Source of the DNA: an uncultured delta proteobacterium
GTDB lineage: Bacteria; Desulfobacterota; Binatia; Binatales; Binataceae
NCBI GenBank assembly: GCA_963842085.1
Contig: CAWJET010000002.1
Location: forward strand, 1,568,001-1,632,000
Length of the DNA stretch: 64,000 nucleotides
Direction of reading: 5' to 3'
Shown here: positions 40,893 through 51,350 of the stretch, one piece after another
How the letters are laid out: every line of letters begins with the position of its first letter
Position numbering within the stretch: the stretch's first letter is position 1
Made by a program: the position numbers and the translations under genes
The notes under the pieces: generated by a model
What the model was told of the DNA's origin: nothing
Database searches by the model: none
The model's input: only the letters and a program-made list of their open reading frames with translations

Positions 40893-41490
40893 AGCTTCTC
40901 CGGCTCCTGCAATAGACGCTCGATGGCGGCCAGGAACAATGCGCCGCGATGACCGTCGCTCGCGCGATGGTCACCCGACAAGCTCGCCATCACGACGGGC
41001 CGCGCGCCGACCATTCCGCCGCTTGCCCACGGGCGCTCAACAATCTTGCCGAAACCGACCAGCGCAACCTGCGGCGGATAGATGGCTCCGAAGACGGTTT
41101 CGACGCCCTCGTCGCCGAGACTGGTAACGGTGATTGTTGCATCGGCGATCTCGGAACTGCGAAGCATGCCGGCGCGCACGCGCTTTACCAGATCGCGCAG
41201 ACTCACCATGATCTCGCTGAGGCTCTTCTGGTCAACATCGTGAATCGCCGGCGCGATAAGGCCGCCTTGCCGGATCGATATCGCGACGCCGACGTGAACC
41301 GCCGCGCTCGGCTTGAACGCACCATCGATCCAGAAGCCGTTCATCTCCGGTATCTCATGAACGGCGACTGCGACGGCCTTCAGCAGAAGCACGGAGTAGA
41401 GCAGCCTCTCCGTCACCGGCCGCCTAAGGTTCTCCGCCTGCAGCCACCCCATCGCCTTGCTCATGTCGACGTGCGTGCCGAGATAGTAAC
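40889..41490 (-). pseudogene. C-terminal catalytic part of a 2-oxoacid dehydrogenase E2 (dihydrolipoamide acyltransferase)
   Basis: [24 protein letters not shown]; lipoyl and E3-binding domains absent. Confidence 0.85.
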
Positions 41491-41612
41491 CCGAGAATTA
41501 GCCGTTCAGAAACCGTTCGAAAGAACCACCAGGCGTTTGGCGGCTGTATCCGAACGCGCCACCTATCGGCATCTATAGCCTGCGTTGCCGTTATTCGACT
41601 TCACTAATGCGA

Positions 41613-41627
41613 TGGCATGATCGATGC
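41613..41627 (+). promoter_or_regulatory. Putative sigma54 promoter for the CBS gene
   Basis: TGGCAT-GATCG-ATGC. Confidence 0.4.
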
Positions 41628-41802
41628 TGCGCTATAGATCGTGTTGAATCTTGATTACTGCCCTCGCGAACACACGAAGCAAAAATTGGTGCCAAGGAGA
41701 AAGCCAAAGCGCCAGTACTCACCAGCGCATTTCGTACATTCCGCACCTGCGATAGGGCGGGCGTGCAAAATATGAGGGCGACTCCCTCAAAGGAGAATCA
41801 AA

Positions 41803-42399
41803 ATGATAGTTGCTGACTTGATGACCCCAAGCCCGGCGACCGTCGTGCCAAATGATACGCTGGAAGCAGCACGTAAGAAGATGGAAGCCGGCCGATTCCG
41901 ACAGGTTCCAGTAGTGGATCAACAACGGCTAGTCGGTATTCTGACGGACCGTGATATGCGCCAGCATATCGGGCAGCTGGCTCATACGCGGGTCCATGCG
42001 GTTATGAGTGCCCATCCATTTTCGGTCCATCCTTCTACGCCCGTCGAGAAAGCCGCTCACCTGCTGACGGCCAATAAGATTGGCAGTGTTCCTGTGATCG
42101 AGGATGGCAAGCTGGTCGGCATCATAACCGCCACCGACATGCTGCGGGCGCTGGAGGCGGTTCTCGGCGCGAGTTCCGAAGCCACTTCCAGAATTGTTCT
42201 AGATCTGGATGGTTCCGGGGACATATCAGCCGCAATCAGTCTCGTCCGGTCGATTTGTCCTCTCATCAGTGTCGGGACGTACCGACGAAATGACTCGCAA
42301 GATGTGGTTCTATATGTGCTAGTTCCTTCGACCAGCGCCCAACGCGCGGCGCACGAGTTGAACGAATACGGCTTTAAGGTCCTTGCCGTCCGTCAGTGA
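41803..42399 (+). CDS. CBS-pair protein (AcuB-like, with an ACT-like C-terminus)
   Basis: VADLMT, PVVD..LVGILTDRD, PVIEDGKLVGIITATD. Confidence 0.9.
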   Translation: MIVADLMTPSPATVVPNDTLEAARKKMEAGRFRQVPVVDQQRLVGILTDRDMRQHIGQLAHTRVHAVMSAHPFSVHPSTPVEKAAHLLTANKIGSVPVIEDGKLVGIITATDMLRALEAVLGASSEATSRIVLDLDGSGDISAAISLVRSICPLISVGTYRRNDSQDVVLYVLVPSTSAQRAAHELNEYGFKVLAVRQ

Positions 42400-42491
42400 C
42401 GGAGGCGATAACGTTCCCGCGAGTTGGCCGGGAATGGCGTCTCGATCAAGCCCGTGCCGGAACTTCGCCATCGCGGCAAGATTCGGAGAGG

Positions 42492-42705
42492 ATGGATAAC
42501 TACGAAGTTGCGAAGGTCCTTGATGAAACCGATATGCTGGAGTTGGCGGTCTCAAATTTCTTTCTCGCGCGGGCATCTCGCGACGCGGCTCCAGCGATTC
42601 GCGATCAAACGGTGCAAGTCGCGGATCTGAGCGAAGAACAGATCGATTAAATCCCTGGCATCGGCGACGATCTGGCGGGGAAAATCACGACAATCCTTTA
42701 AAGAC
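42492..42705 (+). pseudogene. polX: N-terminal fragment of DNA polymerase X with an internal stop
   Basis: MDNYEVAKVLDE.DMLEL..NFF..A.RDAA..I..*IPGIGDDLAGKI (HhH). Confidence 0.75.
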
Positions 42706-43269
42706 TGCAGCCTGGGTCGAAATAGATGAGGTGCTCAAGATCCGACCGCGGAAAATTATGGCCCCGAGTCTGAAGCAGCCTATGTATCCTTCGGAAACAG
42801 CGCTGAGGCCTAAGGCAACAGCTGCTCCGAAGATCTTTTTGACAAATCTGCGTCAGGCAAGACGACAGCAGAACGACGGCGAGGTCATCGCTGCCGCAAT
42901 ATCGCACGTGAACACGGATACCAAACCCGTCGCTGCCACGCCGACGCCAGCGCTGCCCTCGAAACCCAGGAAGGCCGCACGGCGGCCACCGCGGTCATCG
43001 CGTGCGGCGGCCAAATCGGAGAAGTGGTCTGCCGAGTCTCCTTCTCGGGCCGGGGCTTCGGCGCGACCGGCCGTCCTCAGCACTCATTGCTCTGTCGCGC
43101 CGACATGGGAAGGCCTCTCACCTGGCGTACACTGGGACCTAGCAAAATCGTGCCCGGATAGGATTTGCCAGATTCTGGCGATTCGCGCCGGTTGACACTC
43201 AATGGCAAATTCAAACGCCGTTTGCAGACTGTGTTAACAAACGAGGCGTTCTGCACCCACCGCCCGTGC

Positions 43270-43352
43270 CCCGACTTATATAGGCGCCAACACTGCAACG
43301 GCCCCCTTTCAGACCCCGCCTGCCGCCTGAATTGGAATTCGCCACAGACAGG
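43270..43352 (+). mobile_element. 3' end remnant and IR of the IS481-like family
   Basis: RQHCNG..FQTP.AA* followed by ATTGGAATTCGCCACAGACA, matching the end at 1086..1110. Confidence 0.7.
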
Positions 43353-43901
43353 CTCCTAGGAAATCAGGTACCAGGGCTGCACTTCCAGCACAATTTCGTG
43401 TCCGGCCACTGCCGAAGTCTAGCCATGCAATGCGCGCAAGACTGTGACTGTCAGGTTCGGACCAAGCGATCACCAGCTCGGTGATGTCAGATCCGCCGCT
43501 TCAGCAGGAGAGTCTCCGGCTGCTTCCGACCCCTAGCGCCGCGCGCCCATCGTTTCCGATCTTAGGAAGAAGTCGGCCACACGAAAGTCAGCGAGCCAGC
43601 TCAGCCCCGCGCGGTCTTCATCGGTGGCCCGTTTGCTGAGACCAAGGAAGTGATGGATGGTTTTAAACCTGATTGAATTTCCCAACCGGTTGATCCTTCT
43701 CCTGAGATTAATGATCAGCCACAGCTGTCGCGTCAGGATTCGCAGATGGAGGTACCTGAATCGCGCCGGGATAGGTTTTGCCAGATTCTGGCGATTAACG
43801 CCGACCAAGGCGTTCTCCGGGTCCGCGCGTGATCGCAAATCGCGTGCGCACGCGCGGATTTCGATCGATTCTCCAAGATGTCCGGAAACCGAGAGACTGG
43901 A

Positions 43902-43926
43902 TGGTGGAGCGGAGTGGATTTGAACC
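43902..43926 (-). other. tRNA 3'-end fragment (att-like)
   Basis: Minus strand GGTTCAAATCCACTCCGCTCCACCA (T-loop, acceptor strand, CCA); no 5' half. Confidence 0.55.
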
Positions 43927-44356
43927 ATCGACCCACTTCGCCCTTTCATCGCAAAATTGTCCGCCAATTTAGCGACGAAGTTGCCTGCAGAATAAAGCAG
44001 CAGTGCTGCAGCGAACATTATCGCCCGGCATTCGCCTCCATATTCTGTTCTCCGGTCCGCATCGCGCGCATCTGCGGAGTTCAGCTAAAGCTCCGAACTG
44101 GAACAGCAGATAAGACGTCGATCGTATAGTCGCGCGCACCGGCAGAGTCAGTAGCTCATCGATGCTGAGATCTTTCAGCGAGTTCCCGCGCGGCGTTCCC
44201 GAACCAGCTTCAGCAATCTGGTTTGAGATGACTGATTAAGGCACGGGCCAACTCTCACCCCACATGCTGTTTCTTACTCTATCTTTGAGTCTGGTATCGT
44301 CTTTCGATCGTCGAAGCAGCTCAATTGAAATAGACTTAAATATCTCCGGAGGAGCC

Positions 44357-45370
44357 ATGGCAGCAAAATCACGCCCAATTCCGTCGCCGATGCAGATTTA
44401 CGCCGACCAGTGGGCAGCGTGGCGAACCTCAGCGCTCGCGGCGGCGGTCGAACTTGACATCTTCACCGCGATCGATGAAGGCAAGCGAACCGCCGACGCG
44501 GTGGCGTCACGCGCCGGCGCGAACGCGTCCACGGTCCGGCGGCTGCTCGATGTTCTGGTCGCGATGAAGTACCTGGCGCGTGGCGGAGAGCAATACGAGC
44601 TAAGCCCAGCGGCGCGAACGTTCCTTTCCCGCAAGAGCGACCTGTTCATGGAAGGCATCGACCAAGTTGTGAGAATGCTCTCGACGAGCTGGCAGCAATT
44701 GGCGCAGGCCGTTCGCGACGGACATCCAGCTGTCCAGGGCGGAGCATCCCGTGGAGAGTTTTTCGCGGTGCTGGTGAAGAGCATCTTCCCGCAGAGTTAC
44801 GCCGCCGGAAAAATCGCGGCGCGCGGGATGGCGCCCCAGACGCGCAAGCGAATCAGGAACGTCCTCGATGTCGGCGGCGGCGCCGCGTCATGGTCGATTT
44901 CAATTGCCCAGGATCTGCCCGGCGCGCGCGTGACGCTGGTGGATTTGCCGCAGGTCGTTCCGGTCGCTCGCCAATATACAGAGCGCTATGGAGTCGCGGA
45001 CCGCTTCGATTATCGCGAGGGCGACTTCCGCGAAGTGGACTTCGGCGCGGAACAATTCGACCTCGTAGTCCTCGGCCACATCATCCATGGCGAGGGCGCC
45101 GAATGGGGCAAGCGGCTCATCGCGCGATGCGCCGCGGCGCTGCGCAGCAAGGGCATGCTCCTCATCGCGGAGTTGATCCCGAACGACGCGCGAACGGGCC
45201 CCGCAATACCGATGCTGTTCGATTTGAACATGATGCTGCACACGCCGGCCGGCGCGACCTTTACGATGCGTGAGTATCGCGAGTGGCTCAAAGAGGCGGG
45301 CTTCGGTGCGCTCAAAATCATCAAGTCGGCAGCGCTGCCTTCGCCGCTGATCCTCGCCACCAAGCCGTAG
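44357..45370 (+). CDS. SAM-dependent O-methyltransferase (dimerisation domain plus Methyltransf_2)
   Basis: AAVELDIF, VLDVGGG, DLPQV, EGDF, HIIH, FDLNM. Confidence 0.9.
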   Translation: MAAKSRPIPSPMQIYADQWAAWRTSALAAAVELDIFTAIDEGKRTADAVASRAGANASTVRRLLDVLVAMKYLARGGEQYELSPAARTFLSRKSDLFMEGIDQVVRMLSTSWQQLAQAVRDGHPAVQGGASRGEFFAVLVKSIFPQSYAAGKIAARGMAPQTRKRIRNVLDVGGGAASWSISIAQDLPGARVTLVDLPQVVPVARQYTERYGVADRFDYREGDFREVDFGAEQFDLVVLGHIIHGEGAEWGKRLIARCAAALRSKGMLLIAELIPNDARTGPAIPMLFDLNMMLHTPAGATFTMREYREWLKEAGFGALKIIKSAALPSPLILATKP

Positions 45371-45548
45371 CAGGGGTTTTGAGCCGGCTGGTGGTTTAGC
45401 CCCTGTGACACTGAGTTGTCCCCTGTCCAGAGAAGCGAATTGAAAAACAAGAACGGCCTCTGCCATGGCGACGCGAGGACCGAGAATATTGCGCAAAAGG
45501 AAAGGGACCGAGGGTTTGAGCGCCCGATCCCTCCTGTAGCTCCCGGCA

Positions 45549-45788
45549 CTACTTCTTGGTCTTCGTCGTCTTGGTCCGCGACGCCGAGCCGTACCGCTTG
45601 CCGAAACACTTCCGGCAGCGGCGATCGCGTCGCTTGATGAAGCTCGGAGCGAGATCGTCACTCCCGCAGTAGCGGCACACGAGCTTCTCTGCTTTGGGCT
45701 TGCCCTCCGCCTTCTTCACCGGCGTTCTTCCAGACCTGGTGTTTAGCGCCCCAGTTTTCTTGGCGCCGACCAATTTCGCGTGTTCCAT
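45549..45788 (-). CDS. Small basic Zn-ribbon protein
   Basis: AAGGAG RBS; CRYC...CRKC; Lys/Arg rich; divergent from DUF2924. Confidence 0.65.
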   Translation of the reverse strand: MEHAKLVGAKKTGALNTRSGRTPVKKAEGKPKAEKLVCRYCGSDDLAPSFIKRRDRRCRKCFGKRYGSASRTKTTKTKK

Positions 45789-45984
45789 TTTCACGATCTC
45801 CTTCAGCCATATCGGCTGGCGTCGGATGTTTGCTCTGACGCGGCGACGAAGCGAGCGCCGAGCGCACATTTTCTCGTACCCTCAAAGGCGATGGGAAGGC
45901 GAATGAGGCGCGAACAGCGCGACTGGCTTCCGGTGCCAACCAGAGCGATGTGTGTGTCTGCCCGCGCGAGGAGGCGGGGCACAC

Positions 45985-46470
45985 ATGCAGGACGAGAGAT
46001 CTTTCAGGTCGCCGGAGCCGATCCCACAGCGGATCGCAAGGCTGAAGTCGTATTCGGTCGCCGAGCTGAAACAGCAATGGCAGGCGCTCTACCACTCCGA
46101 TCCACCACATCGCATCAGTCGCGAGCTTTTGACCCGTGCCGTGGCGTATCGCATCCAGGAGCAAGTCCACGGAGGGCTCAAACCCTCCACCCGCAGAATG
46201 CTAATTCGTCTAGCCAACGACGCGCGATCAGGACGGCCGCTCAGACCTGAGCCGGCCGCCGGAGCGCCGGCGGGGACTGTATTACTGCGCGAGTGGCATG
46301 GCGTAACTCATGAGGTGAGAGTGCTCGATTGGGGAGTGCTGTTCAAGCGAAAGCGCTATCGCTCGCTCACCGAGGTCGCCCAGCTGATCACCGGCGCGCA
46401 CTGGAATGGGCCACAGTTCTTCGGTTTGCGAGGCAGGCGAAAGCAGGAGACAAGTCATGAATCGAAGTGA
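45985..46470 (+). CDS. DUF2924-family protein
   Basis: AYRIQEQVHGGL, GTVLLREWHG..HEV, YRSLTEVAQLITGAHWNGPQFFGL. Confidence 0.9.
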   Translation: MQDERSFRSPEPIPQRIARLKSYSVAELKQQWQALYHSDPPHRISRELLTRAVAYRIQEQVHGGLKPSTRRMLIRLANDARSGRPLRPEPAAGAPAGTVLLREWHGVTHEVRVLDWGVLFKRKRYRSLTEVAQLITGAHWNGPQFFGLRGRRKQETSHESK

Positions 46471-48228
46471 CGGCGCTCCGAACCGGTGTGCGATCTATAC
46501 GCGCAAGTCCTCCGAGGAGGGGCTCGAGCAGAACTTCAACTCGCTGCACGCGCAGCGCCAGGCCTGTGAAGCATTCGTCAAGAGCCAAGTCGGCGAGGGC
46601 TGGCGCCTGATCAAGACAGCGTATGACGACGGCGGATTTTCCGGCGCGACCATGGATCGACCGGCCCTGAAAGCCCCGGTCGCCCACGTCAAGGAAAAGC
46701 GCATCGACGTGGTCGTGGTCTACAAAGTCGACCGTCTCACCCGGTCGCTGGCCGACTTCGCCAAGATCGTGGAAATCTTTGATGCCCACGGAGTTTCGTT
46801 TGTCACGGTCACGCAGCAGTTCAACACCACCACGTCGATGGGCCGATTAACCCTGAACGTGCTGCTCTCATTTGCACAGTTCGAACGCGAGGTGACCGGC
46901 GAGCGCATCCGCGACAAGATCGCGGCGTCCAAGCAGAAAGGGATGTGGATGGGAGGCACGCCGCCGCTGGGCTACGACCTGCGCGATCGTCGTCTAGTGG
47001 TAAACGAAGCCGAAGCTAAGACGGTGCAATTGATCTTTAAGCTCTATCTCGAATTCAAGACCTTGCGTAGGGTCAAAAAAGAACTGGACCGCAGGTCGAT
47101 TCTCTCCAAGCAACGGGTGTCGAGAGGTAGTGTACGGCACGGCGGTTTCCCTTTCGGACGCTGCGCGCTCTATCACCTGCTCGCCAATCCGGTCTACGTG
47201 GGCGAGATCCGGCACAAGAATGTCACCTACCCGGGTCAGCACGAAGCGATAATCGAAAGAGTGACTTGGCAGCAGGTTCAGGAGATGCTGAGCCAGAAAG
47301 CCGCTCACCCTCGGGGACGAACGGTCAGAAGAAGCCCTGGCCTCCTCATGGGCAAACTCTTCGATCAGAGCGGCGAGCCGCTGTATTCCTGCTGGGCGAA
47401 AAAAGGACAGCGGCGCTACAGGTACTTCGTCTCGAAGAGGCTGGTCAGGGGAACCGCGAAGCCGGATGAACGTGGGTGGCGCCTGCCTGCCGAACGAACT
47501 GAACTGGCGGTAATGGCCGGCACAAGACCAATGCTCTCGGATCGCGGGGCGCTGGCCTCAACCCTCAGAGCTTTTGGCTTCGCTGCTGCAGAACTCAAGC
47601 AGGCGGTCGGGGCAATCGATTCGAAGGTCAAATCTCATCAGCGGGTCGAGACGGCAGAGGATACGGGGACGCTCATAGAGCGAGTCGAGCTAAGGCGGGA
47701 CGGAATGCAGATCACACTCAATCTACGAGCGCTTCTGCCACCCGATCGGTTCCCCGCCGGCGGAGCCAACCTCCGAATGACCCGTCTTGTTCCGCTGCAG
47801 ATGAGGCGTCGTGGCGTGGAAACGCGCTGGTGCTCCCAAGCGAAGCGGTCGTAGCTCCGCGGACAGATCCTGCCCTGCTTCGAGCATTGGCCCGCGGGTA
47901 CCAGTGGTTCGGCGAACTCGCGGCAGGAACTGCCACTTTAACCAGTCAGATCGCCATTCGAGAAGGTGTGAGCGAAAGCTATGTGCGTCATATGGTGCCG
48001 CTAGCCCTGCTCGCTCCAGCAGTCGTTGAATCTATCTGCGCCGGGCGGCAAGGCGTCTGCCTCTCGGCCGAGCGCCTCAAGGTTCTGGCCGGCGTTCCTA
48101 TCGAATGGGATGCACAGCAGCGACTGCTGGCGGATTTAGAAACGTCCCCCCTTTTCCTTCTCCCTTCTGAGACCTCCAGGGCCCCCATCGATTCTGGCGA
48201 AAGATCAAGCGTCCAAGGCGCCAACTAG
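46457..48228 (+). pseudogene. Large serine recombinase; frameshift near 47828 separates the C-terminal tail
   Basis: CAIYTRKSS, YDDGGFSG, VYKVDRLTRS, FAQFERE, GGTPPLGY, YRYFVS; the tail DPALLRALARG..W is in the next frame. Confidence 0.85.
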
Positions 48229-48505
48229 AGGAGGGCTCGGCCCGTGGGACCGAGTCTTTTCCAAACAGAGAGGAATTGCGCTGAATTGGCAATTTATGAG
48301 CATTGCTCCCTCTCTCCGGTGCCACGAATTGAGCGAATCGGCCCGTCCACGCGCCAATTTGCCGCCTTCTCCGAATTGTATGTGAATCCTACAAACTGTG
48401 TGGCGGATGAGGCAGTTCTGGATCGAACCCTTCTCTGCGATTTCGAGCGCGATCCAAGCCGACATCGACCCGAAAAGCCGTGGATCCGCCTAGGTTTTTT
48501 GGGCA

Positions 48506-48597
48506 AATTCCCTACTCAACTGAACAGGGAATTATTTTTCGGTAACAGGGATTTATTTCCGCGGATCAGGGAATTTACAGGATGGATCAGGGAAATC
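48506..48597 (+). repeat. Four CAGGGAwwT motifs at exact 21-bp spacing, preceded by an inverted copy
   Basis: CAGGGA at 48525, 48546, 48567 and 48588; AATTCCCT at 48506. Confidence 0.85.
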
Positions 48598-48794
48598 AGT
48601 AATTCGCCGCACACAGTGATCTGAATCGACGACGTAACGCTGTTTCCAGTACGGCTCCATCCAGGCTCTTTTCTCCACGCTTTTGCTTGGACGATAGCCC
48701 AGATCGGCGGCCTCTTGTCAGCCACAGAAGGTCTGTTCTCGGACGCTCAGCTCCCGTGCACAACCTCCCATGACCTCGCACCTATGTCGATCCA

Positions 48795-51080
48795 TCAGAG
48801 ACCGACCTTCCTCAGCCTTAGCGCGTTGGCGATCACCGACACGGAGCTCAGACTCATCGCGGCGCTCGCGATAATTGGACTCAGCAGCACACCAAATGCC
48901 GGATAAAGAACGCCGGCTGCGATTGGTATACCAAGGACGTTGTAGATAAACGCAAAGAAAAGGTTCTGCCGGATGTTTCGCATCGTCGCGCGGCTGAGGC
49001 GCCGCGCCTTCACGATACCGCGCAGATCCCCCTTGACCAGGGTGACGCCCGCGCTCTCCATTGCCACGTCGGTGCCGGTGCCCATCGCAATCCCGACCTG
49101 TGCCTGCGCCAGCGCGGGTGCGTCGTTGATCCCGTCACCGGCCATCGCGACGATACGTCCTTCCGCTTGCAATCGCTTGACTACCGTGGCCTTCTGATCG
49201 GGCAACACCTCTGCCTCGACCCGATCGATGCCGAGTTTCTTCGCGACCGCCGCCGCTGTGATCTGGTTGTCGCCGGTCAGAAGAACGATCGTCACACCGT
49301 CATCCCGCAGCATCCTGAGTGCTTCCGGAGTGGACGGCTTGATCGGGTCGGCAACGCCGATGAGTCCGGCGCGGCAGCCATCGACAGCGACGAACATCAC
49401 GGTCTGCCCATCTTTTCGCTGAGCGTCCGCATCGGCGGAAACACCGATAGTGACGCCCAACTCGCGCATCATGTGCTGATTCCCGAGCGCAACTGGGCGG
49501 CCTTCGATGCGCCCGGTCACTCCTTGTCACGTCACGGATTTGAAGTCCTCGGCGGTCGCAAGCGTCAGCTTGCGCTCTTCGGCGCCGGCGACAATCGCTG
49601 CTGACAGCGGATGCTCGCTGCCCCGCTCAAGGCCGGCGGCGAGCCGCAACACCTCGGCGTCCGTGAAGCCGTTGAGCGCGGTGACCGAGACTAGCCGCGG
49701 CTTTCCCTCGGTCAGAGTCCCGGTCTTGTCGACGACGAGCGTGTCCACCTTTTCGAGAATCTCGAGCGCCTCAGCGTTCTTGATCAGTACGCCCGCAGTT
49801 GCGCCGCGGCCGGTGCCGACCATGATCGACATTGGAGTTGCAAGGCCTAGCGCGCATGGGCACGCGATGATCAGGACCGCGACCGCGTTCACGATTGCGT
49901 AAGCCATCCGCGGCTGCGGACCGACAATCGCCCAGACGATGAAAGTAATTACGGCCGCCAAAATGACGGCCGGGACGAAATACGATGCAACGATATCGAC
50001 GAGCCGCTGAATCGGAGCGCGGCTGCGTTGAGCATCGCTCACCATGCGGACGATCTGTGCGAGCAGAGTATCGCTGCCGACCCGCTCGGCACGCATGATG
50101 AATCCACCAGTTTCGTTGATGGTCGCTCCGATCAGCCTGTCGCCCGGTTTCTTCTCGACGGGTATTGGCTCGCCGGTAACCATCGACTCGTCAACCGAGC
50201 TGGTCCCCTCCAGAACTCCGCCGTCGATGGGGACTTTCTCGCCGGGACGAACGCGCAGCCGATCTCCGGGGACGACGCGATCGAGTGGGATGTCCTCTTC
50301 GCGTCCGTCAGGCCTGATCACGCGCGCGGTCTTCGGCGCCAATCCCAGCAACGCTCTGATCGCGCTGCTGGTGTTGCTTCGAGCACGAAGCTCGAGGACC
50401 TGTCCGAGCAGTACCAGCGCAGTGATTGCGGCAGCGGCCTCGAAGTAGACCGGAACGGTGCCATCAGCGGCGCGGAACGAATCGGGAAACAAACTCGGGA
50501 AGATAGCTGCGATCAGGCTGTAACCGTAGGCGACGCCAACGCCCATCCCGATCAACGTGAACATGTTGAGACTGCGGTTGACGATCGATTGCCAGCCGCG
50601 AACGAACAGCGGCCAGCCCGCCCACAGCACGGCGGGAGTTGCGAGCGCCAATTCGATCCAGGTCCGCAGCGACGCGGGCATCACGCGCTGAAGAGGACGG
50701 CCCGAAATCATGTCCGACATTTCGATCGCGATCAGCGGGATCGTGAGCGCGACGCTCATCCAGAAGCGCCGCGTCATGTCCGCCAGTTCCGGGGAAACCT
50801 CCTCACCGGCGCTGACAACGCGCGGCTCCAGCGTCATTCCGCATATTGGACAATTGCCCGGCTCGGAACGAACGATCTGCGGATGCTTCGGGCAGACGTA
50901 TTTGGTTTTTGAGACCGCCGGCATCGGCGCGACCGGTTCCAGCGCCATGCTGCACTTGGGACACGAACCCGGATGGTCCTGCCGAATCTCGGGATGCATC
51001 GGACAGGTGTAGTCGCGAGTCTCGCCGGCGCTCGCCACAGAATGCGCGGCCGAATTTTCGACTCCGTGCAGGTCGTTCAT
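48795..51080 (-). pseudogene. copA: Cu(I)-translocating P1B-type ATPase with an in-frame TGA at 49527..49529
   Basis: [52 protein letters not shown]; both halves are in the same frame. Confidence 0.9.
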
Positions 51081-51087
51081 GGCACGC

Positions 51088-51350
51088 TCACCCGCCGGCC
51101 GAGGCCTCCGGGGACCGACGACTGTGTCCGCGATGCTCTGACCGCCGGACCTCGCGTGACAGCTTTTGCGATTTTAGATGTTCGTACACACTCGACCATT
51201 CGTACACACTCGACCAAAGGAAGCCGAGGGTGAACGCGAAGGCCAGCTCTTCCACGGGGATTCCCAACACCAGAGCTCCAGAGATCGCCGGCAGATTCCA
51301 TACGAGCCGTACCAGACGTGGTTCGATCGCGGCGCTCGCGATCTTGGCCG
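51088..51350 (-). pseudogene. C-terminal remnant of a lycopene-cyclase-domain membrane protein, with an 18-bp tandem duplication (51181..51216)
   Basis: WNLPAISGALVLGIPVEELAFAFTLGFLWSSVYE-WSSVYE; TTCGTACACACTCGACCA occurs twice. Confidence 0.55.

Noticed and set aside
41679-41694. TGGCAC...TTGC on - upstream of the E2 fragment
   Set aside because: GG-N11-GC spacing violates the strict sigma54 spacing.
49527-49529. Selenocysteine or programmed readthrough in copA
   Set aside because: The position corresponds to a conserved Gly, not Cys; a nonsense mutation or sequencing error is simpler.
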